Assembly: GCA_004022145.1 (NCBI GenBank)
Contig: RCNU01000002.1
Direction: 5' to 3' (one strand)
DNA: 64,000 nt
Origin: Paecilomyces variotii
Taxonomy: Eukaryota
Shown here: positions 1 through 13,000 of the stretch, in pieces
Position numbering within the stretch: position 1 is the stretch's first letter
How the letters are laid out: each line of letters starts with the position of its first letter
Translations under genes and position numbers: made by a program
The notes under the pieces: model-generated
Seen by the model: the letters and a program-made list of their open reading frames with translations, nothing else
The model's database searches: none
What the model was told of the DNA's origin: nothing

Positions 1-1241
1 CCAATAATAATTAATCCCAGAGGAGTAAGACGGCTGAAGGATCAGATCTAGCGTCGAGGACAGAGACGTGGACGCCGCATCGACCAGTCAAGCCAGATGG
101 CAGATGGCACAGTCTCGGTCCGAATCCGGGGAGAGAGCGGGCATCGTCGGTGATGCTTAACTTCTCCTCGGCTCGGGAGTGGATTATTTTATTATTATTA
201 GTTAGGCGGAGTTTGTCAGTCAGCGCGGAATCGGATGGCTAAGTTAACTATGATTGACTGCGAATGAGAAGGAGATTATTAATTAATAAAGTTCTCGCGA
301 GTTGAAGTGACAGATTCTTGTTGTTGAGGGACCAAACAGTCATTTCTCCTCTTCTTTCTCTTGCAGATAATTCCTCCATAATCCGTCTTGAAGGAGTACA
401 GTACAATATCAACTCTACACTCCCTTGAGAGACAAGATTCCTCAGACTGGATTGCTCGAGATATCATACACTGTCAATGAAAATAATATACCATCCTTTC
501 TATCGTCCATTCTAGTTCCAATTCTCTTTTCCTTTCGTTTAACTATCATTATTACCCCTCTTCTCTCCTCTCTTTTCTCTCTCTGCTGCATCTTTTGTGT
601 CCGTCCCTTTTGGCGTTCCTCCGTCTCTCGCTTAACCCACCAATCAGGACTCCCGTACACAACACCTCCCTGGACATATAAACCACTTTAAAGGTACAGC
701 TATTGCCTTCGGGCATTTGGTCAATTTGAAACGATACAGAGAAGATTAGCATGGCCCCTGCACTAAGGATGACACGCTCAATCAAAGAGAAGCTACCAGT
801 TTTTTTTTTTATTCTTTACAGATCAAAATTGGAGGTAGGAGTGCATGTCGCTTTCTATGGAGTGGAATGGCGGCTCGGGTTCGAAACGGCGGGTGGGAGA
901 AAAGAATTCTTTTTTTTTACGCCAGATAGAGACGGGTGTACATGTACACTAATTAACTGACAACGCAGGGTAAATACACTGTCAGTAATTCATTTAGATG
1001 CTGAATGGGTCTTGGAGAGTTATCACTGAGCGCCACTATTTAATTGTGGTTTTCCATGTCCGCTTGATGTGAGAAATATGGTATATGTTATGCTATACAT
1101 ATTTGCCACTGTTGCCTCCGCACGCCTCTTCTACACGCAACTGCCAATATGTTTATCTCAAAAAAGTACTGGAAGTCCCAGAGAAGATTCAAAGACGGCC
1201 TTTCTATTCACTGCAGAAAACATTACAGAATCATCTACTAA

Positions 1242-3110
1242 CTAGTACTGCGTAATGCCCGCCTCCAATGCCTTGATCTGCAACGCCAACAACCGCGAGT
1301 AATACCTCGCCAGAGCCAAATTGCCTCCCATGAACCAGAACCCAGGGTGTCCGCTTCGTCTCCAGATAGTTCGCACCTCACCCTCCTCGTTGAAGCCCCA
1401 GACACTCCCAACTCGGTCGGCCACTTCGTCGCCAAAAATCAGCCGAGTCGTCGATTTCATGTTCTGATACCCCGTCGCGAAAACAATTTCGTCAGCTTCC
1501 AACTGCGACCCATCCGCGAACTGGAGGCCCGTTGGAATGACCTTGGTGATTTCCTGGCCTTGCTTGACCTTGATCTTTCCATCTGCGATCAGCTGGCTTG
1601 CGCCCACGTCGATGTAATAGCCACCGCCACGTTGGAGATATTTGATAAGAAGACCGGCGTCCATGGGGCCTTTGTCGACCTTGAAACCGGCCTTATCTAG
1701 TCCTTCGAGAAGCTTAGCATCATTCTGGCGCATCGCCTCCGTCAATTTGACCTGCAGTGTCTTGAACAGCTCTCCTGGGATACTCCAGAGATACAGATCC
1801 GCGTCCTCAGCCACCGGGCCGGACTCCTCGTACAGTCCCTTCAGGCCGATATTCGTAATCGAACCAGAGCTAGCGACGTATGTCGAGCTGCGCTGGACCA
1901 TGGTGACTTCGTATCCCTTCTCGTAGTAGTCTTGAGCAATGTCGTGGCCTGAATTGCACGACCCAACCACCACAGCTTTCTTCCCATTGGACTCGGGATT
2001 GGCACCGGGAAACTCTGAGCTGTGGCAGAGTCGATCTCCCTTGAAGCTGTCGACCCCCTCAAAGTCCGGCACGTTCTTCTTGCCCGAGTGACCGGTGGCC
2101 TGGATGATGTGACGCGGGTAGAATGTACGAGTCTCAACGCTACCATCCTCTTTCCTCCGCTCGACGGTGACAGTCCACTGCTTCTTGCTCTCATCCCATG
2201 AGGAAGACTTAATCGTCGTCTTGACCCAGACATTCAGCTCCAAGAGCGTGACGTACGATTCGAAAAACTCCGCTAGTTTGTCCTTTGGCGTAAAGATCGG
2301 CCATGACGGAGGAAACGGTATATAAGGCATATGGTCGAACCAGACGGGGTCATGAAGGACGAGCTGGTGGTATCTGCGACGCCAGTTATCTCCCACTCTG
2401 TCCTCCTGGTCGATGACCAATGTATCAACCCCAAGCATCTTCAAGCGCGCAGCGGCAGTAAGACCCCCTTGGCCTGCGCCCACGATGAGCGCCGCGGGTT
2501 CCTTGTCGATGAAGTTTCTCTCTGCGGTCCGACGATCGAGCCAGTTCGTCCGGCCAAGATGTTCACCATGATGCGCACCAACGGGTCTGCGGTGGTTGAT
2601 AGCCTCTTCGTGACCCTTCAACTCGACAAGGGATGTGAATACCGTGAAAATCTTCCACTCGTTGAGACCCGCCAGTCTCACTATACCGTTTCCTCGTCCA
2701 ACGTTGGTTTCAACGCTGATGTAGAACTCGATGCCTTTTACTTCCCCGACAACATCGATAGGTCCATAATGCGGCGCTTTCCTAGCTGACGACCTGTCTA
2801 TGTGTACTTTGGCAGGCGACTGCCCTTCCGTTACGAATCGAGCGACGTTATCCCTGCCCTTGAGCGTGCGAAAGTCCCATGAGAAGCAGAGATGGTCGCG
2901 CCAGTAGCCGTCATCGACGTACAGCCGAGACAGCGCTTGGGCGTCTTTGTTCGCGAGAGCGCTGTTCAACTTGTCGATGACCTCGGTCGCGATCTTATCA
3001 GGATCATCGGGCACGATCGTGCTCGGGGGAGGGTATTTCCCGAGGGGGATGTTGATTGAGCCTGGTTCAGGTCGTTCGTGCGACTTGACTGCGACTTGGG
3101 CGGCGGCCAT
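1242..3110 (-). CDS. Flavin-containing monooxygenase with N-terminal extension (type II FMO-like), intronless, 622 aa
   Basis: FAD motif GAGQGG, NADPH motif VVGSCNSGHD, FMO fingerprint FKGDRLCHSSEF, DEIVFATGY, and a ~170-aa N-terminal domain containing YWRDHLCFSWDFRTL. Confidence 0.9.
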   Translation of the reverse strand: MAAAQVAVKSHERPEPGSINIPLGKYPPPSTIVPDDPDKIATEVIDKLNSALANKDAQALSRLYVDDGYWRDHLCFSWDFRTLKGRDNVARFVTEGQSPAKVHIDRSSARKAPHYGPIDVVGEVKGIEFYISVETNVGRGNGIVRLAGLNEWKIFTVFTSLVELKGHEEAINHRRPVGAHHGEHLGRTNWLDRRTAERNFIDKEPAALIVGAGQGGLTAAARLKMLGVDTLVIDQEDRVGDNWRRRYHQLVLHDPVWFDHMPYIPFPPSWPIFTPKDKLAEFFESYVTLLELNVWVKTTIKSSSWDESKKQWTVTVERRKEDGSVETRTFYPRHIIQATGHSGKKNVPDFEGVDSFKGDRLCHSSEFPGANPESNGKKAVVVGSCNSGHDIAQDYYEKGYEVTMVQRSSTYVASSGSITNIGLKGLYEESGPVAEDADLYLWSIPGELFKTLQVKLTEAMRQNDAKLLEGLDKAGFKVDKGPMDAGLLIKYLQRGGGYYIDVGASQLIADGKIKVKQGQEITKVIPTGLQFADGSQLEADEIVFATGYQNMKSTTRLIFGDEVADRVGSVWGFNEEGEVRTIWRRSGHPGFWFMGGNLALARYYSRLLALQIKALEAGITQY

Positions 3111-3795
3111 TCTGTTCGGGTTCGTAAGGATATACTATCTGGAGAGATTCCGTGTGATATAGTTCGTCAAAAAAAGAAAGATATGCAGTCAATACTTGGT
3201 ACCTGGATCGCTACCGTGAAGGTGCTCTCTCTGTCCGTCTGTTCTATTTCTGCCCATCAAAGCTAGAATCAAGGCTGGTTAAATATGATACGAATCTACA
3301 GCGGAACCACCGAGGCTAAGATCTCATTGCGTAGGTACATTACTAACCCCGCATCAGAGCTCGCAGGACTCCAGGAGAGAGAATAACCATGCAGTAGTGA
3401 GGGTGGGTTCGAAGCGGGGAGGACGAGGAGAAATGGACCCTCTGATAGTCAACCATCGGTCTCGGCTGATCTGCAAGCGCGCATTCCTCCTCATCTCTAT
3501 TCTATTTATCTTATTTTCTGTCCACGGTGCGGTATATGTATGGGAACTCTTAATCGAGGATTCAAGGGCTGCTTAGTTGGATTTGACCCGTTGGTTATTG
3601 TGAGCGCAATCCATGGATGAGGAGAAGACGTGCTCGTCCCAGGATGATTTCTTGGCTTTTCTCTTACAGGCATTCGAAATTTCCGATGGTTATATTTGAA
3701 TGGGTGTGGCTGGCTAGTATCTGGTTGCTGTTACTCGTAAGTAAGGGATGGTTCTACTCTAAGGATATACCATGTAGCATCGAACAACATATTGT

Positions 3796-3799
<4 letters not shown>

Positions 3800-3829
<30 letters not shown>
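3800..3829. repeat. (AT)n microsatellite
   Basis: Uninterrupted AT dinucleotide run of about 15 units. Confidence 0.95.
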
Positions 3830-3831
<2 letters not shown>

Positions 3832-4421
3832 TAGACCCCCCAGACCTGGAAATAAACCAAAAAGAACATATATTATTAACCGACTATATTCTTATTCTAA
3901 CAAGATCCGAAGAACCCCGTAGAAACGCCAAAGCGCAACAAGACAACGAGCCCTGTGCTTCCTGGCCGGTCACAAGCCGTAGCGCGGCTCCGCATCGGCT
4001 TTGTTCCACCTTGGATAATCGAGTCTCTCGGCTCCGCAAACCGCGTGGCCGAGGCAGTTCAGTTAGGCTTGATACATATATAGCTTTCTATAGCTTTCGA
4101 TTCTTCTTCAACATCTATCGTCTGCGGGTTTTATTCGTAGCCTTATGATTCGTGGCTGTGTAGTACAATACATCCCCGGTGATGTGATTGGCTCTTTGGA
4201 CATGATATCGTGTACTCAAGTATGTATGTACCCTTTGAAGACCCTCGATGGAACTGAACAATAGAGTAGCAGTCGGTTCGAGTGTGAAATCAATATCCAA
4301 CAGCGAAAAATAGGAGAGGAGACGGACCTGGTTTCTCTGTATGCGCTGCTTCATGTACGAGAATTTCCTCCAGTTTGGAGTTTCTCATAGAGCATAATAT
4401 CAGAAAACACTAATATCCCAA

Positions 4422-4493
4422 TCCGGTATGGTGTAGTGGCTAACATCGCTGTCTCTCACACAGCAGCCCGGGGTTCGATTCCCCGTGCCGGAA
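4422..4493 (+). tRNA. tRNA-Glu(CTC)
   Basis: Acceptor TCCGGTA/TGCCGGA; anticodon arm GCTGT-CTCTCAC-ACAGC; T arm CGGGG-TTCGATT-CCCCG; oligo-T Pol III terminator just downstream. Confidence 0.95.
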
Positions 4494-5785
4494 ATCCATC
4501 TCTTTTTTGTCCTTTTTGCCTCTGAGTAGTTGATTCCTAGGATCTTTCTTTTTTTTAACTATTTGATCTTTGGGTGTTCTTTAGTGGTAACTTGTCTATG
4601 GGATTAGATGGTCATTTCTGGTGTTGCCCCCTGAGAAATGAGAGGACTCGCATAACGAGCAAGCAAAGCTATATAGTAGTTTCTATATTGCCTACTTTTC
4701 AGGGCAGAGTCTCTTTTTACTGTACTCTTGTTCAAGGCGTTCTTCATTATAGTAGGTGTATATGTTGACGATTCTTTGTATAAAACTGCAAAGATCTAAC
4801 ATTGTAATTGCTTAATATCTTCTGTAGTCCCGCTACCACGTTCTTTTTAAACCGGACTCGTTCAACATGCCCGGCTATAGTTATATACCGTAATAATTGT
4901 AGGTACTTTAGTAGAATGAGCGTAGGATATGCACTATAATACACGAATTATATCAGATCCGGGTCTCTGTCGTCATGAGACACCTACTATCTGTTCTTTT
5001 ACTATATGGGGGCGAGAGAATGGGGGATGTATATATACTCTCGACACTCCTGGGTAGAGGAGAAGAACTCCAGCGCACTACAGATTCTATCTTGGTTATC
5101 TATAAAATTCTGCCCCTGCTTCTAAGTTATAGACGGAGCCCTAGATGGTGAGGACTTAATTGTCATACTGCGTCTGGCTGTCTGTGGGGAAACAGCAATA
5201 TAGACCATATGTCTCGACAGTCTTATCGAAGGATTTCAAATCAGACTATGTTTCCGTTCTACTAGTGAATATTCGACACACTGGAGACAGGTCTAACTAT
5301 CCATGGTGTTTTCGTGGCCGTCTATCCCCAGCAGACAATTAGTGTCGAGCCTATCAGCCATAGTACTTTTAAATACGGCCATACAATCCATCATTACCAC
5401 GATATCTCTGGCATAGGAGCAGCGAGGTACGGTGTATGTGTGCAACTGATGCGTCCTAAAAACATCTACTATATAGGTTCGCGGGTGATAGAGTATCTCC
5501 ATGAGGATATATATATGTAGACAGTAGTAACCAACAAAGACCATCTCTCTTATAGAAGTCGCATGGTCAAAGTAAGTTCCTAGATAAACCTATAGCACGC
5601 ATTGTTACTCCGGAAACGAGCCTTTAAATGCCAGCCCCGAGCCCAAGACTGTTTAGTTTCTCATCCAAAATTTTTCTCCTGACTCCTGCACAAGCAAGCA
5701 AGGCAGTAAGTTGATTGGCCGACTAAGCCGAACAGACATAGTTCAAGTCTATAAATCACACTAGTGGCAAGTTCTTCAACAAGAT

Positions 5786-5859
5786 GGCCGGATAGTCTAG
5801 TTGGTTATGACGTATCGTTAACACCGATAAGGTCCTGGGATCGAGCCCCAGTCTGGTCA
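5786..5859 (+). tRNA. tRNA-Val(AAC), copy 1
   Basis: Acceptor GGCCGGA/TCTGGTC; anticodon arm TATCG-TTAACAC-CGATA; T arm CTGGG-ATCGAGC-CCCAG; T-run downstream. Confidence 0.93.
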
Positions 5860-6637
5860 CTTGACATTCCTTTTTTTCGATCGCGATTTTTTTTTTTCAT
5901 GCCACTTAGCTATTCTAACCGAGTTAATTTTTTATGATCTTGTCTTCCTTAAAAGTCATACGGAGTCCTAGGTACTAGTAATGGTGCGAGGGTTCGGTGC
6001 CGTACTAAGTAGTTATATGCGCTATGCTTGGAAACAGCCCGTTTCGTTGTTAGTATAGAGTATACTTTACGCTAGGCGCGAGATTAGGAAGAGGTTCGTA
6101 GACGACTGAAAACTGATTAAGTAGACACACTCTTCTGGATAAGCATTATTGTCACTGTTAACGAAAGAGGTAGTTGTAGCAGATCTGATTATACCCTCTT
6201 GCGTCAAGCACTAGGTCGTTCCAGGTAGTCATAGACTCATCATACAGAAAAAGGGGAAATATTTACATTTTGAATCAATAAGCTTATCTCAATATCTGGA
6301 ATATCTAGCCTATGCTAACGGTAAAGGGAAAGCAGTAACCGGGGTGCAGACAGGTCACAGATGTAAGATAATGGAGAGCTAGCTTATTCCGTGTTCGAAA
6401 AGTTCGTGATCAACTTACAATCTAATATCCGGCTTTTGGAGACCAGATAGATGCAACTCATTCCTGCGGGATTTGTATGATTGAAACACATCTTGATGCT
6501 TTCAGGGCACTGCCTCTTGACGTTTCGGACTCATTAAGTCCCACGGCAGATCTCTCTCATTGAGCCAGAGTAATTTTATTCCGGCCCCCAACAACGAGGC
6601 AAAGGACCAGCCTCCGGTCGATATTACATCCTTTTGA

Positions 6638-7111
6638 AGACAGCAACAACAGGCGAACATTTACAATGCCGTGGCTGCTTGGTTATGATCTATGTGTTCT
6701 CCCGCATCGAACTGACGGATGCCAGGTCGGGTAAACGCCTATGTTTCTCACGTTGTATGCTTCCAAGTACTGGGATACAGCGTCTTTAAACCTTTGCCCT
6801 ATACATCTTGAATAAGCACTTTCCGCTGACAGAACGCTCTAATTAGCTAGAAGAAAACAACTTCTAGTTACTTCGCCCATGAGGCTCTTACATCCGATCG
6901 TTCTCTCCCCAGTTCCGGTCTTCTAGAAGCCATCAACGCCTACTCGGCTGACTTCTACGATGATGCGATGTGGGACCGGGTTCAAGATGATTATCAGAAC
7001 ATGGATGAGACGGCTTTGATCGCCATGGGGATCCTGTTGGAGGAGATGGCACAGGAATCTCTAGGCGAAACTGATGACTTGATCCTGGTCGAGGAAGAGG
7101 AGATTCGGTAA
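6638..7111 (+). pseudogene. Disrupted Rrn10-like (Pol I upstream activating factor subunit) gene
   Basis: Reads ANIYNAVA (6653-6676), a probable intron, then GRVNA. A segment with in-frame stops and frameshifts follows (~6800-6868), then an open YFAHEALTSDRSLPSSGLLEAINAYSADFY...MDETALIAMGILLEEMAQESLGETDDLILVEEE. This fits the NVYxA / LPxxDLLxAxHxYAS / DETALLxxGILL pattern I recall for Rrn10. Confidence 0.6.
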
Positions 7112-7902
7112 CATCCTTGACAGCGTGATCAAGAAGAAAAAGAAGCAATAGAAGAAGCCTCGTTTAGCAGCCAAGGCGATACCCACGGATATGGACACAG
7201 AAGGGGACACGACGATATTTCCTGGATATGGTAGCGAACTGTATACTAGGTAGAAAATAGAGGTGTCTATACGTAGGAATCCTTTTACTTGATTTGTTTT
7301 ATATAAGGGGAATATCTACGAAAAATGTAAGCTTTTTTATCTAAACTTAATCTATTATACCAGTATGTATTGTCGGAGCCTGCCTACAGGCAGGTCTCCT
7401 GTCGGGTTTCTCCTACGCCTTTCTAGCTCTACCAACAGAGATAAATAGGATGAGTTAGTTGCCACAGGATTCAAGCTCAGTTATAACTTCTATCCGTCAA
7501 GTTCTGTGTCGCTAATTGGCTATTTCTAGCTGTTAAACTATTGCCGCCTATCTTGCTTTATATCCTCATCTTAACCGCCTCGGTATATTCCGCCGTTTCC
7601 TTCTTACTGTACAGTATTTCGCGGTACTTAGTCTTCGCTTCTCGGCCTTAGTCTACTAGTCTTCCTTGTTTTAATCTTTATTTTCGCGTCTATATCGGAT
7701 CGTTGCTTATTACAGCATTAGTTTCATTTGCTCCAAGACATATCTCACGTCTCCCTTTGCGTGTCTCTTTGAGTATTTATATCGGTATGTTTACTGTCTC
7801 TAGCCGCTGTCAAGACTACCTAGGTAGTAGAGACAGTCAGGTCTTTTGTCTGAGAGAGTGTTGTCTAATAAATCGCACGAGTGGCCACTCTTCCAACAAG
7901 AT

Positions 7903-7976
7903 GGCCGGATAGTCTAGTTGGTTATGACGTATCGTTAACACCGATAAGGTCCTGGGATCGAGCCCCAGTCTGGTCA
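7903..7976 (+). tRNA. tRNA-Val(AAC), copy 2
   Basis: Identical 74-nt sequence to copy 1, followed by a T-run. Confidence 0.93.
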
Positions 7977-9289
7977 CTTGAAATTCTTTTTTTGATCGCA
8001 AATCTTTTCAGTGCCACCTGTTTTTATTCTCCTGGATAAACATCTCATATAGTTGTCCTAGAGCAGTTGTATTCTAATATTATTACCAAAGGGGCAAACA
8101 GGATAAGGGAATTCTTGTACATAAAGCCCTCAACGACATGTGCGCGAAAGGTTGAAAAAGCTTATTAACCTTGTTCCCTTTTAAATCTAGGGTCCGTTCT
8201 AAGATGTGGAGCTATATTCTGGAATTAGAGGACTAGAGGCTCATAAGATTCATTATCTTTGTGGTACATCTATAGTTCTTCTTTTATCATGGGGTTAGGG
8301 TTTTCACGGAATAGTGTTCGTTTCAGGACGACGTCTGCAAAAAAGCAAGACCTATACAAACAGTCCCACGAGTCCCTCATGCGTGTTATCCTCAAGGTAG
8401 GAATATAGTACATTACCAGGGCGCAAAAGAAAAGGCACGAGAGTCATTTGGTATCGTCTAAAAGGATGTGGTACCTATTTCGCAAACCTTATCCCGCTGT
8501 ACCCAAACCAAGGCTACAAACTCGCAACACGCCGGAGCCTCTAATGTGCGCGGTCTGCAAATTGGGAGGAATACCTGCTGCGTCTGTCGGAGGATGAACG
8601 AAGGGCCACGCAGAAAGAGGTCCAGATCCGCTGCGGAAACCGTGGGACTGAAGAATACCTCGATAGAAAACCAGGTGGACTGCGGGGACATCAAGGTACG
8701 TTATTCTCGTCCGGGGATGCAGAAGAGGCTCTGTTCATATGTTCCAGCGGACCCAAATATTGCCACCATATCAAAGGTTTCACTGAGCAAGAAATGGAAA
8801 GATCTCAAGCAAGCTGGTATCGACCCAATCGATCATCCTCGCAGGCCAGAGATAGTATGGTCACGTAAATCGTACCTTACGAATCGCAAGGAGTTGGAAA
8901 CGCGAAGAGACATACTTTTGGCTAATGAGGAGGGCTGAACTACTGAGTCAAGAGTTGAAGAAGAGGAACTTCAACTCAAAAAGAAGGCTGAAGTCTTAGG
9001 CAGCTGTCGACATAGGAAGGTTGTGCAGACTGCCCCCATCCCCTCGGGCCTGTATGCGGTACAAATTATGCTGAAGTGAAACCAGAGAAATTCCTGAGTT
9101 CTGTGACGAAAGAAACAATATGTCTAGGTTATTAGGCAGACTGCAGATAAAAAATTATAAGCATGCGGGTAACTAAGTCTAGTCGGTGGTAGCAATAGGT
9201 CAAGTTCTCCGCAGTTTTGTCCTAGCCATTGTACGGTCCATCATCGACTCGTAAAAATTCGAGATCGAAAAAAAAAAGAAATGTTCAAG

Positions 9290-9363
9290 TGACCAGACTG
9301 GGGCTCGATCCCAGGACCTTATCGGTGTTAACGATACGTCATAACCAACTAGACTATCCGGCC
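9290..9363 (-). tRNA. tRNA-Val(AAC), copy 3 (inverted)
   Basis: Exact reverse complement of copy 1; the A-run at ~9268-9277 is its terminator. Confidence 0.93.
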
Positions 9364-10047
9364 ATCTTGTTGGAAGCCTTGGCACTGCCGTGCTTTATCA
9401 GAAAGACCAATCTCTGGACAACAGACCTGACCGCAACACCGATAGGTCGCCGGATTAAGTCCGGCACTAGTTATTGCTTTTTGTATATTTCTGATATACA
9501 CTTATCCTATCGATACTATCTTTATTGTTAATAGTTTTTCCATTCTTATTGTAATATTAGTAACTTATTGTAAAACATAAAGAAATAATAAAAGCTCGAG
9601 AAAAAGGATTTAGTCGCTTCCTGGTCTATATAGAGTGTTTGCAGATTCCGTATCACAGTAGTTCAGGATCAAAAATGCAACGTCAAGTCGCACATGGAAT
9701 TTCTTTTGGCTGATCGTTATCTACCTCCTAACGATATATTTAGAACAGTGACTTTCAACGATTGGCCCTCGCATTCCAACAAGTATTATCTGGCGCCTGT
9801 TGGGATTTAACAGGGATACTCACAAGGTTAATGACAAATAACAATGATCCCTGATCAACTGAAACGGGTGTGCTGCGCCGCAGCGCTACGATCTATTGTT
9901 ATGGCAACATTCACGAGTCAGGAGTTATAAATGTACCTATCCTAGGAGCAGTAGCTTCTGTTTCGTTTTGTATTTGTTTGTATAATAATCATTTTTTTTT
10001 TTGATCGTGAACTCGCCATTCTTCTTATCACCCTCTGCAGATACACG

Positions 10048-13000
10048 ATGTCTCATACAACAGAGGACATGGCTTTGAACCAGTTGCAACAAGAACAGTC
10101 CAAGCTTCTAGACAAGATCGACGAGCTGCGCACGATCGGCGTCGGCGGTCTCGTGGAGTTGCCTCAACTGATCGTAGGTGGGAATCAGTCCAGTGGGAAA
10201 AGTTCTGTCCTCGAGGCTATCTCACGCGTGCGATTCCCGGCGAAAAGTAACGTGTGCACTCGATTTGCGACAGAGGTCATCCTGCGGCGGAGTCCATCAT
10301 CGAAAATCAAGATATCCATCGAGCCTGGTCCTTCGCGTAACGACGCGCAAGAACGATCGAAACTCCGGAGCTTTACCCACGAGGAGTTCTCTAACGGCAA
10401 TGACCTGCCTGCCCTGATTGAGAAAGCTCGAGAGCATATGGGTATTACAGAGTCTGTCAATTCAGGATTCAGTGATGACGTGCTCAAGGTCGAGATTTCG
10501 GGCCCAGACAAACCGGAGTTGACGCTGGTTGATCTACCAGGCCTGTATTACTCTACAAGCCAGGATCAGGGCTCTCAAGGAATCAAGATTGTCCGCACCT
10601 TGACGGAAAAATACATGCAGAACTCACGAAGCATTATCCTCGCGGTGATCAGCGCAAAAACGGATTATCATCTACAGGAGGTTCTGAATATTGCTGAACG
10701 ATTTGACCCGGACCGCGAACGCACACTCGGAATTATTACACAACCGGATATCCTGGAGGCGAATTCTGAGGAGGAAGACACCTATCTTCATTTTATCAAG
10801 AATCAGAAAGTCCATTTACAGCTGGGATGGCATGCCTTACGCAATCGATCATTTGAGACGCGAGACATCTCGGATGACGCCCGCGATGAGCGAGAGAAGG
10901 CGTTCTTCAACCAAGGTCGATGGAATTCGTTGCCGCGTGAATGTGTTGGAATCGACAGCCTGCGCCGTCGCCTAAGCAGTATCTTGCTCAAACATATCCG
11001 CCATAATCTACCAGGACTGATCACTGACATCCAGGAGAAGATCGCTGATCGGGAGCAGAAGCTTTCAAAACTAGGTCCTCCTCGTTCCACTCTTCAGCAG
11101 CAAAGAGGCTTTCTTCTCAACATCAGTAGCAACTTTGAGCGCATTACCGCCCAAGCTTTGAATGGGATGTATGCAGATGAATTTTTCGGTGGATTAGACG
11201 ATACAACAGATGTGGAAGACTTCAGACGAATTCGAGCTGTCATCCGGCAATTGAATGAATACTTCGCGGATGCAATGAGTACCCGAGGCTCTCGTAGGCA
11301 GATCCTCGATCTTCCTGCACCGTTTGGACATCTTGCCTCACACTTTCCCAGGAACCCTTACATGCACGATTGGAAACCAGATCTTGTGCGACGCGCTATT
11401 CTGGAACTAGAGGTCAGCAATCAAGCCCGCAAGAACCGGGGTATTGAGCTGCCAGGAAGCGCCAACCAACTTCTTGTTGGAAGCTTGTTTCGTGACCAGT
11501 CCAAACCCTGGGAAGCGTTAGCCAGAGAACACTTGATGAAAGCTTGGGAGTCGGCAAGATATTTCGTGTCGCTTGTTCTCCAGCACCTTACGGATGACCA
11601 CACGTACTCCTTGCTAGTTGGCTCAGTTCTTGAGCCCGAATTTGAAAAATTGAAGCAGGCGCTATTTCATAAACTGGACGAGCTTACGGCGTATACAAAG
11701 CGAGGCCATCCGCTACCCGTGGGCAACACATTTCTGACTCGCGTTCAAAAGGCTAGAGACAACCGTGAGCTAGATTTGCTGCGTGCACAACTGAAGTCCA
11801 CTAAACCTGAGAAAGACGATTTTGATTCTGTATTCTCCATCAGTGACATCAGAATAGCGACACAGAAGTTAGAATCGACTCGTGACGAGTTTGCAGCTGC
11901 CGATATCATTGACCAGATGCAAGCGTATTATGATGTGAGACAGGCACACCCTCCCTAATAAGCCGCAGATATATTTATTCATCTCAATTAAGACCTGACA
12001 TACTAATGACACGGCTATAGACTGCCATTGTGACCTTTGTCGATAATGTTGCAACTCTTGGCATCGAAAATTGCCTTGTAGATCCTCTTCAACGCATATT
12101 CACCAGCCAGGTTATTAATGACATGGAGGATAACAAAATCCAAGAACTTGCAACGGAACTGTCTTACATTAGCGAAGAACGAGATCGTTTGGATGCAGAG
12201 TTGAAGAAACTGCAAGCTGGTTTACGAGCTTTGAGTCTCTTCAACATCCAAAAGCCATTACTTGGTAATCCACCTGTCTTCGGTATGTCCCATGTCTTAC
12301 TTCTAAACAATAAAGGATGAAGAATAACCCCAATTTCAGTTAAAGAGCGTGAGGCAACACCATCAAATGATCCAAGCCAGCTCAAGAAACAGAGCAGTCC
12401 ACAGCCAGCAACTAGTACTTCGCTATTAGGATGTAGGTATATGCTCCTCCTTTGATGAACAGGATATAGCTAATCATTCTCAGCCGGGAAAAAGGTTATG
12501 GTTAGGCTACCAGAACGAAGCACACCTCAGTCACGCTCTGGATTTGATTCCGTGCGCACGACTTCTCCAGCTCCGAGTGCAGTTTCCGGGGGCTTGTTCG
12601 GTTTAAGTTCACATGACCAACAATCCTCAGGCTTTGGAGGAACAGCTTCAGTGTCTGGGGTCAAACCTTCATTCTCATTTGGACAACAATCTTCAAGCTT
12701 GTTTGGACCAAAACCTTCAGGCTCTGGAGAAAACACCCCAAGCTTTGGAGGATCATTTTCAGCCTCGAGTTTATTTAAGATGTCCGATAGATCTTCAGCA
12801 CAGGTCGGTGATAGTCATTCTAGCACCAATGGACTATTTGCACGGGTTTCGATTCCCGGGGAATCTGATGCAAACGACATTACTCCCCGTTTTGGAACAG
12901 ACCAGGCCAAATCTCCAAGTACGAAAGGTCAGAACCGGTAGGGGTCCGAAATTTCCTTTGTTTACCTCAGAAATATGAATGTACATATTCTCTTCAGCGA

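Noticed and set aside
7400-7720. TA-rich, stop-dense tract resembling a RIP-decayed repeat
   Set aside because: No family-diagnostic peptide or terminal repeats could be recovered by eye.
8468-8938. 156-aa ORF between tRNA-Val copies 2 and 3
   Set aside because: Non-ATG start and no recognisable domain in the frames I read; possibly a gene relic but unassignable.
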